Under the pieces are notes generated by a model that worked only from the letters and a program-made list of their open reading frames with translations, was not told the DNA's origin and ran no database searches. The translations under genes and the position numbers were made by a program. A stretch of DNA of 57,705 bases, counting the filler, from Sphacelaria rigidula (Eukaryota), in assembly GCA_964200075.2 (NCBI GenBank). It is 6 parts of 6 records of this genome, joined end to end, with 100 filler letters (N's around TTAATTAATTAA, not from the genome) between each part and the next. Parts side by side here need not be neighbours in the genome. Positions count along the whole stretch, not along the records: positions 38,539 to 48,072 come from CAXNAA020008277.1; positions 48,173 to 57,705 come from CAXNAA020008278.1; 4 more parts are not named here. One strand, written 5' to 3'. Positions within the stretch are counted from its first letter, which is position 1. Each line of letters opens with the position of its first letter. Shown here one piece after another: positions 40,097 through 51,329 of this stretch.

Positions 40097-40711
40097 GAGT
40101 GTGAATGATGCCGATTCAAGAACCTCCGACCCTCGCGGTCAAAGAGATGAGCAATCGTAGTTCTGACAGCTCTCATAGCTCATCCAGGGCAACCGTTCGC
40201 AGCTCACCTAGCTCTCGTCGCTCATCCAGGGCAAACATGGGTAGCTCATGCATCTCTCAAAGCTCATCCAGGGCAAACATGTGTAGCTCATGCAACTTTC
40301 ATTGCTCATTCGGGGCAAACATGCGTAGCTCATGCAGCTCTCATAGCTCACCCAGGACGAATATGAGCTGATGGGCTACGGGTTGGTAGCTCACCCAGAA
40401 CAAACATGCGTAGCTCATACATCTCTCATAGCTCACCCAGAACGAATCTGAGCTCATGAGCTACGGGTTGGTAGCTCACCTATCGCAAACGTGCGTAGCT
40501 CATACAGCTCCCATAGCTCACCCAGGGCGAATATGAGAGGACGAGCTACGGGTTGGTAGCTCACCTATCGCAAACGTGCGTAGCTCATACTGCTCTCATA
40601 GTTCACCCCAGGAAAAACATGCGTAGCTCATGTAGCTCTCATAGCTCACTAGGGAGCAACGCTCAAAAAGAGCTAGCTCGAGCTATAGGAAGCTGATTTG
40701 CCCGACGTGTG
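40097..40711 (-). mobile_element. Inverted sister copy (one end) of the TIR element at 41009-42363
   Basis: Reverse complement matches 41009-41477, including the terminus CCGACGTGTG and the AGCTC-rich subterminal repeats. Confidence 0.8.
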
Positions 40712-41008
40712 AAACGCTACCAGCAATTGAAGGAACGGAACAATATTTCGAAGATTTGTAGTGTATACGAAGGATTTCATTCTCCGGGATTCTCGTCCTA
40801 AATAAACAGTACATCCCCAATTTGTAAAATGCCGTGTTTATAATACAGTAGAGGACAATGCAGTACATGACACAGTACAGCATAGTGCGGTATAGTGCAC
40901 AGAACTGACTGCATCCAAACTCACGCTATAATGACGCATTTTCGACTGCACTTTTCACACACAGTTCAAAGTCGCCGACTGTACCACGAAACATGCATGC
41001 AAACATTT

Positions 41009-42363
41009 CACACGTCGGACAGATCAGCTCCCGATAGCTTGATGAGCTAGCTCCTTTTGAGCGTAGCTCCCAAGTGAGCTATGAGACTCCCTAGTGAGCT
41101 ATGAGAGCTACATGAGCTACGCATTTTTTTCCTGGGGTGAGCTGTGAGAGCTGTATGAGCTACGCACATTTGCCCTGGGTAAGCTACCACCCCGTACTTC
41201 ATCAGCTCAGATTCGTCCTGGGTGAGCTATAAGAGCTACATGAGCTACGCATGTTTGCCCTGGGTGAGCTACCAACCCGTAGCTCATTAGCTCATATTCG
41301 TCCTGGGTGAGCTATGAGAGCTGCATGAGCTACGCATGTTTGCCCCGGATGAGCTGTGAGAGATGCATGGCCTGTACATGTTTGCCCTGGATGAGCTATG
41401 AGAGCTATGAGAGCTATGATTGCTTATCCCTTTGACCTCGAGGGTAGGAGGTCCCTGCATTGGCATCATTCACACCCGAATGATAATATAAGTCATGCTG
41501 ATTTATGAGATCGCCAACCCTCGCGGTCGCAGGGCTCATCCCTTGACGGCGAGCATAAGTCATGTGTTGAATCGGCTCCAATTTCACTTGAAAAACGTAT
41601 GTATGACCAGATGGACTCGTACCCTCGCGGCCAACCGTTCAAAAGAAATGAATCGGTCGATTATTGTAGACACTGAGTGTAAATACTTTTTTCAACCATC
41701 CAACCAAGCGAACGAGGATACGTGTTGGCCTCTTTTCTTCCTATCGCAAGGAGTGAGGCAAAACATCACAACCTAATGATATATGGCGCCATCCATTCGA
41801 AACAAAATGTCAAATCATAAGCGACACGGGGTTGGCCAGCGGTGAGCTAGGCACATGACGTGAGTCAGCCACGTCCACGTGTCCCTGGGGTGAGCTACCG
41901 GGCGTAGCTCATCCGCTCATGTTTTCCCCGGGTGAGCTACAAGAGCTGCGTGAGCTACACACGTTTGCCTTGGGTGAGCTATTGAGTGTAGCTCATCGGC
42001 ATATGTTTTCCCTGGGTGAGCTGTGAGAGCTACATGAGCTGCACATGTTTACCCTGGGTGAGCTACCAACCCGTAGCTCATCAGCTCATATTCGCCCTGG
42101 ATGAGCTATGAGAGCTGCATGAGCTACGCATGTTTGCCCTGGGTGAGCTATGAGAGCTGCACGAGCTACGCATATTTGCCCTGGGTGAGCTACCATCTCG
42201 TAGCTCATCAGCTCATATTCGCCCTGGGTGAGCTACCAACTCGTAGCTCATCAGCGCACGTTTACCTTGAGTTGAGCTATCGGACTTAGCTCACATGTAC
42301 ATGTTTGACTACAAGTGAGCTACCGCCCGCAGATGAGTTAGCTCATGAGCTGTCCTACGTGTG
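41009..42363 (+). mobile_element. Non-autonomous TIR DNA transposon with 8-bp TSD
   Basis: TIRs CACACGTCGGACAG / CTGTCCTACGTGTG (13/14 match). Flanking direct repeat AAACATTT at 41001-41008 and 42364-42371. Dense GAGCT subterminal repeats at both ends. No long ORF. Confidence 0.85.
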
Positions 42364-43939
42364 AAACATTTGCTGTGCTTTTTTCGCGCAAGCATCATTT
42401 GACATGGTTCTTCTCCAGATGGACTGTATACATCATGGACGACCCTCTACGCCTCGCCAACCCGCCGATTACCGCCATGGCCAGCGACTGGCGGCGTACC
42501 ATTGCGGTCGCCAGGCAGCAATGCAAAGAATCAACGATCCATACCACGTAAAGCCGGAAACCGTCTCCTTTGCATTGAGAAGGCGGCACCGACTGCTTGG
42601 CCATGAATTAAGCCTTCCATCAATGCTGCTTGTTGGACCCCTTCCCCACATCGGGGGCGCAACCCTCATGTCAACTGTACATGCTCTGCGGCTGATTTCA
42701 ACTCAAAGATTATAGTACGACTTGTGTACGTGACCAGGCACAGACAAAAACAAATCTTCCCGCGTGAGACTGAGTAGCTTGCTTGCCTCTGGAGTCCTTG
42801 ACAACTTCAAGTAGGATATCGACATGTAGCTGTAAGCACACGCCAGAGTTACAAAGGTAAGCAACACAGAATGAAAGCTTAGTCAAAATTGAGCGGATGA
42901 TGAAACTCACTTTCGATCAACGCTCTACGCTCTCACATCAAAATATTGCTTACCGTACAGGGTAACACACCACAACAGTACGCCATGCTGCATCTTACGA
43001 ACTTCGAAAATTGCCGTTTTCGGTGATTATACACCAGCTGTGACGACGCAAATCTGTTGTAACTCCACCTCTACTATCAGACATGACCGTTGGCACACTG
43101 GTTCGGTATGGCACAAGCAGCGAGTGCACCAAACGGCGCCGCGTGCCGAGGCAGTCGCAAAACGACAACAACCGTGATCTCCGAATTTCTGCCAAAACGA
43201 CTGAAACGCCGTCAACACCACGATTCGCGGACGAAACAAAAGCAGGGCAGCTCCTACGCTGGCGAACAAGATTGATCTATACTGGGGTACTCTCTAGATG
43301 ATATCGTACAGAAAACAGGAATTTCCATGAGAGAATTGCCTGTACAGGTCCTAATTCTACTCGGTACAACCGTACGCGGGCTATCGGAAATGCGAGGCAC
43401 TGAATTTTCGCACGCATGCCCTCTGAAGCTCAGTCAACAAAACTTCATGCCCATAGATCTCGAGTTACGAGCTGAGCAGCGCGCAACGGGGCGAAAAGAG
43501 ATCAAACTTTGTCCTGAAAGTAATGTGTTTTCGTTCTCAGCCGCAGCACAGCTCCACCCCCTGTACTGACCCATTTCACCAGAACCCGTTGTATTCCCGG
43601 TGTGCAGCGGTATGAAGTAAGGCTACAACTGCACCTTCCTGCATAGCGACCTGCCGAAAGCGTCGAGGTAACTAGAAGCACCATGCCAATCGACGTGAAG
43701 TCAACGGAAAGTCAACTAGCAAGCAGATCACCATGCCCAGCAGAATATCACTGAAGATCAGCCCTAGTCACAGAATGATCGAAAAACATGTTTCGCCCGT
43801 GTGTGCCTCCACCAACTAACATGGAAACACAGCGACACCATACATCTCGGAAACAACCAAGCTAGTGCCTATCGCGTAAATCTGTACGAAATAATTGCCT
43901 GCTTACAAGACACACGGCGAAACATCACCATGTCGGATA

Positions 43940-46405
43940 TCAGCCGGGATAAGGATGTTCATGGACGTTCACATCAAGCAATAGATCTCGCGTGCCGGAT
44001 GCTGCCACTAACACTTGTCGAGAACGGGCGGAAACATCCAATTCTAACTTCACATCGGATCTCCTCTCTTCAGCCAACCCTTCATCCCCCGCTGCCACAT
44101 CGAATAACGGCTCCACCCGCAACGTTCTACGTAGCCGCTTTGCGTTCCTTTCACTAGCTATGCTACCACAACTCCCATTTAAAGCAGTGCTGCTGCAGCC
44201 GCCGTTGCCCATACTGATACTACTACTGGATAGCGCAGTATCTAGCTTGCTGCTGGTTCCTATACCCTCGAAACCTCCCTGAGACGTAATGGTCGCCTCG
44301 AGTTTCACTTTCATGCGCGTCTGTGCCCCACTTAGAGGTATCTCATGCACTGCCGCAGCGCCGGGGCATCGTCCCGAGGCGGCAGGCGATATGGTCGAAC
44401 CCTTTCCCCTCCGTTGTTCGACACGAACGGCACGCGGACTGCGACTAGAGTTAGCGCTACAGCTTCCCTCGTTCGTGTCGGGATCGGCATCCGATGGATG
44501 GCTGGATCCTTCATGATCATAAACACCGACACCATTCTCTCCCACGGCAGAGTCTTCGTCCAGGCGATTTTTTTCTTGGACACGTCCTGCTGTATCAGAC
44601 GCCATGGCCAGGTCATGTACAACATGACGGCTGGAGTTCCCGTGCTCCTGCACCCGGGTGACAGGAGGCTGCAAGGCGTATTCACTGCCATTCATAGAAC
44701 CTGCGCAGGCGTGAGTTGCGCAAAACGCCGCCTTGCTGCCACAAGCTGCATCGAACAATGGGTATTTGGAGCAGCCCTCCGTGCCGCACCGCCTGCTTCG
44801 TACGTCGACCATACCCCGCCGGGCATGTGTGGCGCAGAACTCCGCCTTCCTGCCAGCGGCTGCACCGAACGATGCTCGTCGAGAGCAACCCTCCTTGCCG
44901 CATCTCTTGTTTCTTACATCCACCATGTCTGCCGGGGCGTGTGCGGCGCAGAACTCCGCCTGCTTGCCACCAGCTGCTCCGAACGATGGGTATTTGGAAC
45001 ACCCCTCTCTGCCGCACCGCTTGCTCACTACGTTGACCATGCCCGCCGGGGCGTGTACGGCGCAGAACTCCGCCTTCCCGCCACGGGCTTCACCGAACGA
45101 TGGGTATTTGAAACAGCCCTGCTTCGCGCACCGTTGTTTTCTTATATTGACCATGTGTGCCGTGGCGTGTGCGGCGCAGAACTCCGCCTTCCTGCCCACG
45201 GCTGCACCGAACGATGGGTGTTTCGAGCAGCTCTCCTCGCCGCACCGCTTGTTTCTTACATGGAACATGCCCGCCGGGGCGTGTGCGGCGCAGAACTCCG
45301 CCCTCCCGCCACCGGCTGCACCGAACGATGGTTGTTTGGAGCAGCCCTCCTGGCCGCACCGCTTGCTCACTACGTTGACCATGCCCGCCGGGGCGTGTGC
45401 GGCGCAGAACTCCGCCTTCCCGCCCACGGCTGCACCGAACGATGGTTGTTTTGAGCAGCCCTCCTGGCCGCACCGCCTTTTTCTTACATTGACCATGTGT
45501 GCCGTGGCGTGTGCGGCGCAGAACTCCGCCTTCCAGCCACCGGCTGCACCGAACGATGGGCATGTGGAACAGCCCTCCTCGCCGCACCGTTGTTTTGCTA
45601 TATTGACCATGTGTGCCGTGGCGTGTGCGGCGCAGAATTCCGCCCTCCCGCCACCGGCTTCACCGAACGATGGGTATTTGGAACAGCCCTCCTCGCCGCA
45701 CCGTTGTTTTCTTATATTGACCATGCGTGCCGTGGCGTGTGCGGCGCAGAACTCCGCCCTCCCGCCCACGGCTGCACCAAACGATGCTCGTTGAGAGCAA
45801 CCCACCTTGCCGCACCACTTGTGTCTTACATTGACCATGTCTGCCGGGGCGTGTGCGGCGCAGAACTCCGCCCTCCCGCGACCGGCTGTACCGAACGATG
45901 GAGATTTGGAACAGCCCTCCCTGCCGCACCGCTTGTTTCTTGCATCGACCATACCCGCCGGGGCGTATGCGGCACACGACTGCGCCTTCCCGCCACCGGC
46001 TGCGCCGAACGATGGGTGTTTGGAACAGCCCTGCCTGCCGCACCGCTTGTTTCTTACATCGAGCATGCCCACCGGGACGTGTGTGGTGCAGAACTCCGCT
46101 CTCCTGCCACCGGCTGCACGGAACGAAGGGTGTGTGGAGCAGCCCTCCTTGCCGCACCGCTTGCTTACGACATTGACCATACCCACCGCGGCATGTGCGG
46201 CGCAGAACTCCGCTCTCCTGCTACCGGCTGCTCCGAACGATGGCTGCTTTGAGCAGCCCTCCTCGCCGCATCGCTTGTTCACTACGTTGACCATGCCCGC
46301 CGCGGCGTGTATGGCGCAGACCTTCGGCTTGCTGCTACCCGATAAGGCATACACCGCTCTCGTAGTGCAACTCATATGGGTGCACACAAACGGCATATCC
46401 TCCAT
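43940..46405 (-). CDS. EsV-1-7 cysteine-rich repeat protein, 15 tandem 38-aa C-x4-C-x16-C-x2-H repeats, single uninterrupted ORF (821 aa from the first ATG)
   Basis: Open frame 46483-43940; first ATG at 46405. Repeat consensus KRCGxEGCSxxPSFGAAGGxKAEFCAAHAxAGMVNVxx is the EsV-1-7 motif of phaeoviruses and brown algae. 114-bp nucleotide periodicity. An upstream exon cannot be excluded. Confidence 0.92.
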   Translation of the reverse strand: MEDMPFVCTHMSCTTRAVYALSGSSKPKVCAIHAAAGMVNVVNKRCGEEGCSKQPSFGAAGSRRAEFCAAHAAVGMVNVVSKRCGKEGCSTHPSFRAAGGRRAEFCTTHVPVGMLDVRNKRCGRQGCSKHPSFGAAGGGKAQSCAAYAPAGMVDARNKRCGREGCSKSPSFGTAGRGRAEFCAAHAPADMVNVRHKWCGKVGCSQRASFGAAVGGRAEFCAAHATARMVNIRKQRCGEEGCSKYPSFGEAGGGRAEFCAAHATAHMVNIAKQRCGEEGCSTCPSFGAAGGWKAEFCAAHATAHMVNVRKRRCGQEGCSKQPSFGAAVGGKAEFCAAHAPAGMVNVVSKRCGQEGCSKQPSFGAAGGGRAEFCAAHAPAGMFHVRNKRCGEESCSKHPSFGAAVGRKAEFCAAHATAHMVNIRKQRCAKQGCFKYPSFGEARGGKAEFCAVHAPAGMVNVVSKRCGREGCSKYPSFGAAGGKQAEFCAAHAPADMVDVRNKRCGKEGCSRRASFGAAAGRKAEFCATHARRGMVDVRSRRCGTEGCSKYPLFDAACGSKAAFCATHACAGSMNGSEYALQPPVTRVQEHGNSSRHVVHDLAMASDTAGRVQEKNRLDEDSAVGENGVGVYDHEGSSHPSDADPDTNEGSCSANSSRSPRAVRVEQRRGKGSTISPAASGRCPGAAAVHEIPLSGAQTRMKVKLEATITSQGGFEGIGTSSKLDTALSSSSISMGNGGCSSTALNGSCGSIASERNAKRLRRTLRVEPLFDVAAGDEGLAEERRSDVKLELDVSARSRQVLVAASGTRDLLLDVNVHEHPYPG

Positions 46406-48211
46406 GACCGTACGAGGAAAAAACACGAGGCTAGTCCCGCTGCTGCTGCTGCTGCTGCTGCTGCTATCTCCGCCGTCACGCACCCGCTCTTGAAGAACAG
46501 CTCACCAATCCAGCAGCAGCCTGTTTCAACCAACCAGCAGAGATCATGATACGTTGGGCCTATGAAGAAGGCAGGCGAACCGTTATATTAGAAGCTCGGT
46601 CGCGAGTATGCACGTGGGCCGGAGTGAACTGACCAGCCAACCGTGGAGTCACCAGTCGACAAGAATAGATACTGCACCACGGTCGCTACAGCGTGGACAG
46701 CGCATTTTCTATGAGAAATGTAGTACCGAGAGAGCTTTTCAAAAACGTTGGGTCGACTGAGCATACGGAGGAACATTGAACTCTAACTATGCAACAAAAG
46801 TCCATCGCGCCGACATCGCTCGTGCGGCTTCTCCACCGATCAGAAATCCTTTAAACACGATGCGTCCATGGCCACTCTAAATTTCGCGCCTCGCGTCGGG
46901 GGTCAGGTTCACGTGAATGATATCCGTCAGCAATAAACAATCGGCGCCGGGAGTTCACACTGGGCGAGTAATGAAGTAGGTGTACAGATCTGTCGATACA
47001 TCACGTGTTGAGCGTACTGTCATGCGCTGTTTGGAAAGACAGCTCTATCCTGCGTGGGCAGGCAAAGGGTCCTCCACAATGCATATAGTAACGCTAGGCT
47101 CTGACAGGGATATTGTAAACGCCACTGAACCAGTCACATGGAATTCGCCTGGGAAGCGTTACTTCGTTGTTGGATCTTTGCAGCAGTAGTAGTTGTTGTT
47201 GTTGCCACTGCTGGTGTGAACACCGATACGTGTGACGCTATGAGGTGGCGGGAGAAACTTGAATGAGCTGACAGGTGTTGGGCTCGGAAGTATTTGTCTA
47301 TACAAAACCTGGATGCGGAAACAATGATTTTCGGACACGCTCATCCCCCCAACAACCGGCGCCTTCCGGAACAACACATTAGCATGGCGCGAGACAACGG
47401 CTACCGGCGGGCCATGCAATGCGTGGAGCTGGGGGGCTACAGGGACTTGACTTTCTGTGGGGATAAAATGACTTGAGTAGCCATAGTACACGTGGGTTGA
47501 TCTTCCACACGGTGCAGTTCAGAAGCGCAGGGCTCAGTGGAATTGGAATCGGGACTGCTCTGAGGTCACAATTGTGGTACGTGGATACTCGAAGCCTCAA
47601 GCTCGGGCGTTTCTCTGCTGCTGGGGACGCCATACCCTGGCGTGACGTTTTCAATTCGAGGGAAAATTCCGCAGGGAACGTAAATGATAAGAACGCACGA
47701 AATCGGCGGACCATCGATGGGGTTGGCGTCGGTTGGCGATGACGCTATGAAACACGCCACTCGCTACGTAAGCTAGGCAACCAGGTTACCGGGGTTTGTT
47801 CGCGCTTGCGTTATTTGTTTTGCGGTAACCATGATGGTAGTCGAGCCAGATCATGTTGTGCGGCGTGGGAGAACCTCAACTCCGCACAATGGGGAGGGTC
47901 GTTCCACGTAGTGTCTAAATGGTGAGGCACCCATGAGGCAGTGTGTGAGCTGTGACTGTCTCGAAAAGTGATAATACCAGAGAATAAAGGTACTCATTGT
48001 AGGCTGTCATCCAGATGCAAGATAATCAGTAGGCTTTGGGTCGAACAATCTTAGCAGGATGCAGCTCACACTNNNNNNNNNNNNNNNNNNNNNNNNNNNN
48101 NNNNNNNNNNNNNNNNTTAATTAATTAANNNNNNNNNNNNNNNNNNNNNNNNNNNNNNNNNNNNNNNNNNNNCCAGAGAGGGGGACACGGGCGCACAGAA
48201 AAAAGGGGACC

Positions 48212-48212
<1 letters not shown>

Positions 48213-48269
<57 letters not shown>
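48213..48269. repeat. (CA)n microsatellite
   Basis: Read directly from the sequence. Confidence 0.95.
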
Positions 48270-48272
<3 letters not shown>

Positions 48273-48959
48273 GAACCCCAACATGGTGGCCATGCTAATA
48301 TCCTGGTGTCACCCATCTTTTCCTGTTTTTTGTCCTTTATTATCTTATCTCTTCTTTTCTTTCAGTGTACATTTTTCACAGATCTGACGTTTGTTTATTT
48401 ATTTTCCTTCCCTTCTTTCTTTCCTCTCCCCGTTGAACTTGGGGGAGCTACTTCTCGCCGGTTTTCGTGGCGTCTATCTTCTTATTTTTACGTTTGGTAA
48501 TAATATGTCTTGTAAGGAGTAGCAGGGACTGTCTGTATTGGAAAGGCGAGCCTACGTCTGTGACCACGGCTTCGCGAGATCGGACTAATGTGCCGAAATA
48601 ATAATGATAAAATAATAGCCTCTGCCCGACGATCTGGACAAGAGATCTATCAACGAGGGACTCCTCCAGTAGCACTGGCCTCACACTCGACAAGTCCTTT
48701 CTTCTAACTTGTTATTATCTCGGAGTGATCCTCAACAGACCACATCACAAGCCAGTAGCATGGAGCCACACAGATAAGGGCCAACAATGCAGGATCCCCT
48801 GTCCCCTGCCACTGCTCCAATGATGCATGCGATTATACTGAAACCTACGGCTTCGTATCATTCGGCTACAGGCTCCTTTCCCTCGCCTACCGTGAAGTCG
48901 GGTTTTGTGTACCCATGACATAGTCGCTCTTCGCCGTTGGACATGGTGTGAGAAACATC

Positions 48960-49066
48960 CCAGATCATATGACCGCAGCGTGATTCGAACCCACGATCCA
49001 ACCGTCAGAAGGTTTTGAGGTTTCGAGGTTTCGAGGTTGCCAACGGAGCCAGAGGGGCGGCCGGCC
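48960..49066 (-). mobile_element. tRNA-derived SINE-like head with Pol III A and B boxes
   Basis: Minus strand: A-box-like TGGCTCCGTTGG (49051-49040) and B-box GGTTCGAATC (48991-48982). No intact cloverleaf is evident. Confidence 0.5.
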
Positions 49067-51329
49067 AAATCATTGATCGATATGTACGTACGTCAAAACA
49101 CGCCTCCTTGAGCCTGCATGCGATCTGATCTCTCACGGCCATCCTCATCTCGACCGTACTGTACTTCCTGTACTGTACCGTGCTGAAACAGCTTTGTTGG
49201 TGGAAGGATGGCGAGAGTCGGGGCTGGCATCGTGGCGATTGCGGCTGTAATAACAATGGCAACTGCTTTCGTATCGCCAGGAGGTGTGTGAAAGAAATTG
49301 CGGAGTTGCGTTCGGTTCCCCACAGATGACACCCTCATAACATGAGCGGTGGCACCGGCAACTCCGTACAACCCTGTAGATACGAAGTTCAATGTACTTT
49401 TGAAGCCGGGCTTAGTAGGCGGTGAAAATCGCGAAACCTGCGCTATCACATCATTGGTTTCACTGTTTCGAGGATCGCGAACTACCGTCGCGGGTTTATT
49501 TGTTCGACTGATCATGTCCAAATGTGCACAGCTATTTCGGCGGGACTACTGTGATAGCATCATGTAATATACGGTGGATAACACCCTTTTGCCGCTCGAG
49601 GGGCGGCGCTGACTTTGGGGGGTTCAATTTTCTCTTGAAAGGGGAGACTCTTTTTCGCTGAAAAGAGCCCTTGTATGGTCAATCGTTTTCAACATGAATT
49701 TCAGCAGATATCAGTGTCGATGAAAGTATGATATCACTCTGCTGTTGTGGAAACTTGAGGCTGAAGAACGGGCAGTATATATCGTCCGCTACGCGTAAAC
49801 GCAACCGTTCCTCATCAACATCTTCAGTATCAACTCCGATCGTGGGGACCAGAATCGCGAGAGGGTTGGTCGGAGTAGACAAGAGATGCAATAAAAGAAT
49901 ATCAGAGTATTGTGTCTCCCTCTTGTGCGAAAAAGCCGCCCATGCGTATTGTGTGCCTAATATGTAGTGTTGTGGTTTGCGCCGGAAAATGTTCCGAAAA
50001 TATTGTATTTTGAAGACGGTTAAGGTTACATTATGAAGCCCGGTACTCAGCGTACATTAGCAGGCACACCTCCCCACAGATAAGGGTAACTCAAAGTGAA
50101 TTAAAATATGTTCGCGCGAGGTGTGCCGAGCGTTTGGAAATCGTCACTGGGCAAAAATCGAGGACCCACCCGAAATCAGGGAAAGAACTATCGAATGGGA
50201 CATGTCCTGTACCACTGTGCTGCAGCACAAACACACTCATCCTCTGTCTTGGGTGCTGTAGCTGTAGCTGTGTTGTGGTGTATTCAGGCCTTTGTGGAGA
50301 CGGATTGATCTCCGCTGGGAGTGCCTGAGTTGCTTTAAATGTCTCCATGAAGAATAATGTTGTCGGCACGCAGTCCTCTCTACACGCCGTTGGAACGTTC
50401 ATGGTGTGTTGGCTGTTTCGTCTCGAGTCAACGGGAATACGGCGCTCCCCAAACCCACCATTTCTATGCTGTAGTTCTCGCTGTGCTGTTGGGCATCTAA
50501 ACACTCCACGATGATCACGAAGCGATGTGCACTGGAGAGTGCCTGAGCAGTTGTACTACTGCATGCCGTATTTCAGTCTGCACAGAATCGGCGTGGGATC
50601 AAAGTGCTGTCGAAACAAAGAAAGGTTGAAACAATCGACACGTGACGGCTGTACAGCTGTCTGTTGCGTCTTCTCTGGTACTTCAGTTATAGTCGGGTGC
50701 TGTGATCGGGGAAGACACGCTAGGCGGGTGCGTGCAGGTTGGGACAAACAAACTGAGCCAGCACGGAGCTGCTGCATCCTCGTTTATTGCCGGTAGCAGC
50801 GGTCTGTGTCGCAGCGGCGCAATGTGTGGACCGATCGACGCTGATTTTTTACTTATCTCCCTCTCATATCTCTCATCTGATTGAACAAAGGTCGCCGCAT
50901 TTGGTTTCATTTAAAGACTTTGATTGGTCGAGAAACCTTGCCACTCATAAATCTCGCCCCTATCTGTGGGCCCAGTGCCTATCAGGGCTCACCTCCCACA
51001 GGTGGGGGTAACTCACAGCGGATTAAACCATTTTCGCGCGAAGCGCTAATTTTTTGGGGGGGGGTCAACTATTGATTCAAAAAGTCGAGCGAGCGAGAAA
51101 GACAGAGTTGTCATATATCGTTCGTTGAAGACTTCAAGTTGGCGTAACTCAACAACAGATTACTCGATTTGAGCACGGTTTGTTACGTTGCGTTCCTCAT
51201 GTACAACTTTCTTCAAGGTTGATTGCCCTCAAGATTGTTGTAGATCACAGGAAACAACTCAGAAATCACAAACAACAGTAGTGCTACATGAGAAATGGTG
51301 TAAATGCACTCCACTTGTTACCTCGGCTA

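Noticed and set aside
40105-42289. Ser-rich ORFs (40105-40371, 41287-41469, 42101-42289)
   Set aside because: Translations of the AGCTC subterminal repeats of the transposon.
44345-46493. Long plus-strand and alternate-frame ORFs (369, 353, 251, 228, 165 aa)
   Set aside because: Shadows of the GC-rich 114-bp repeat of the EsV-1-7 gene.
47290-47480. Further RTE LINE relics (ETM...Y...VELGG here; similar hints at 49100-49560)
   Set aside because: Similarity is too faint to support without a profile search.
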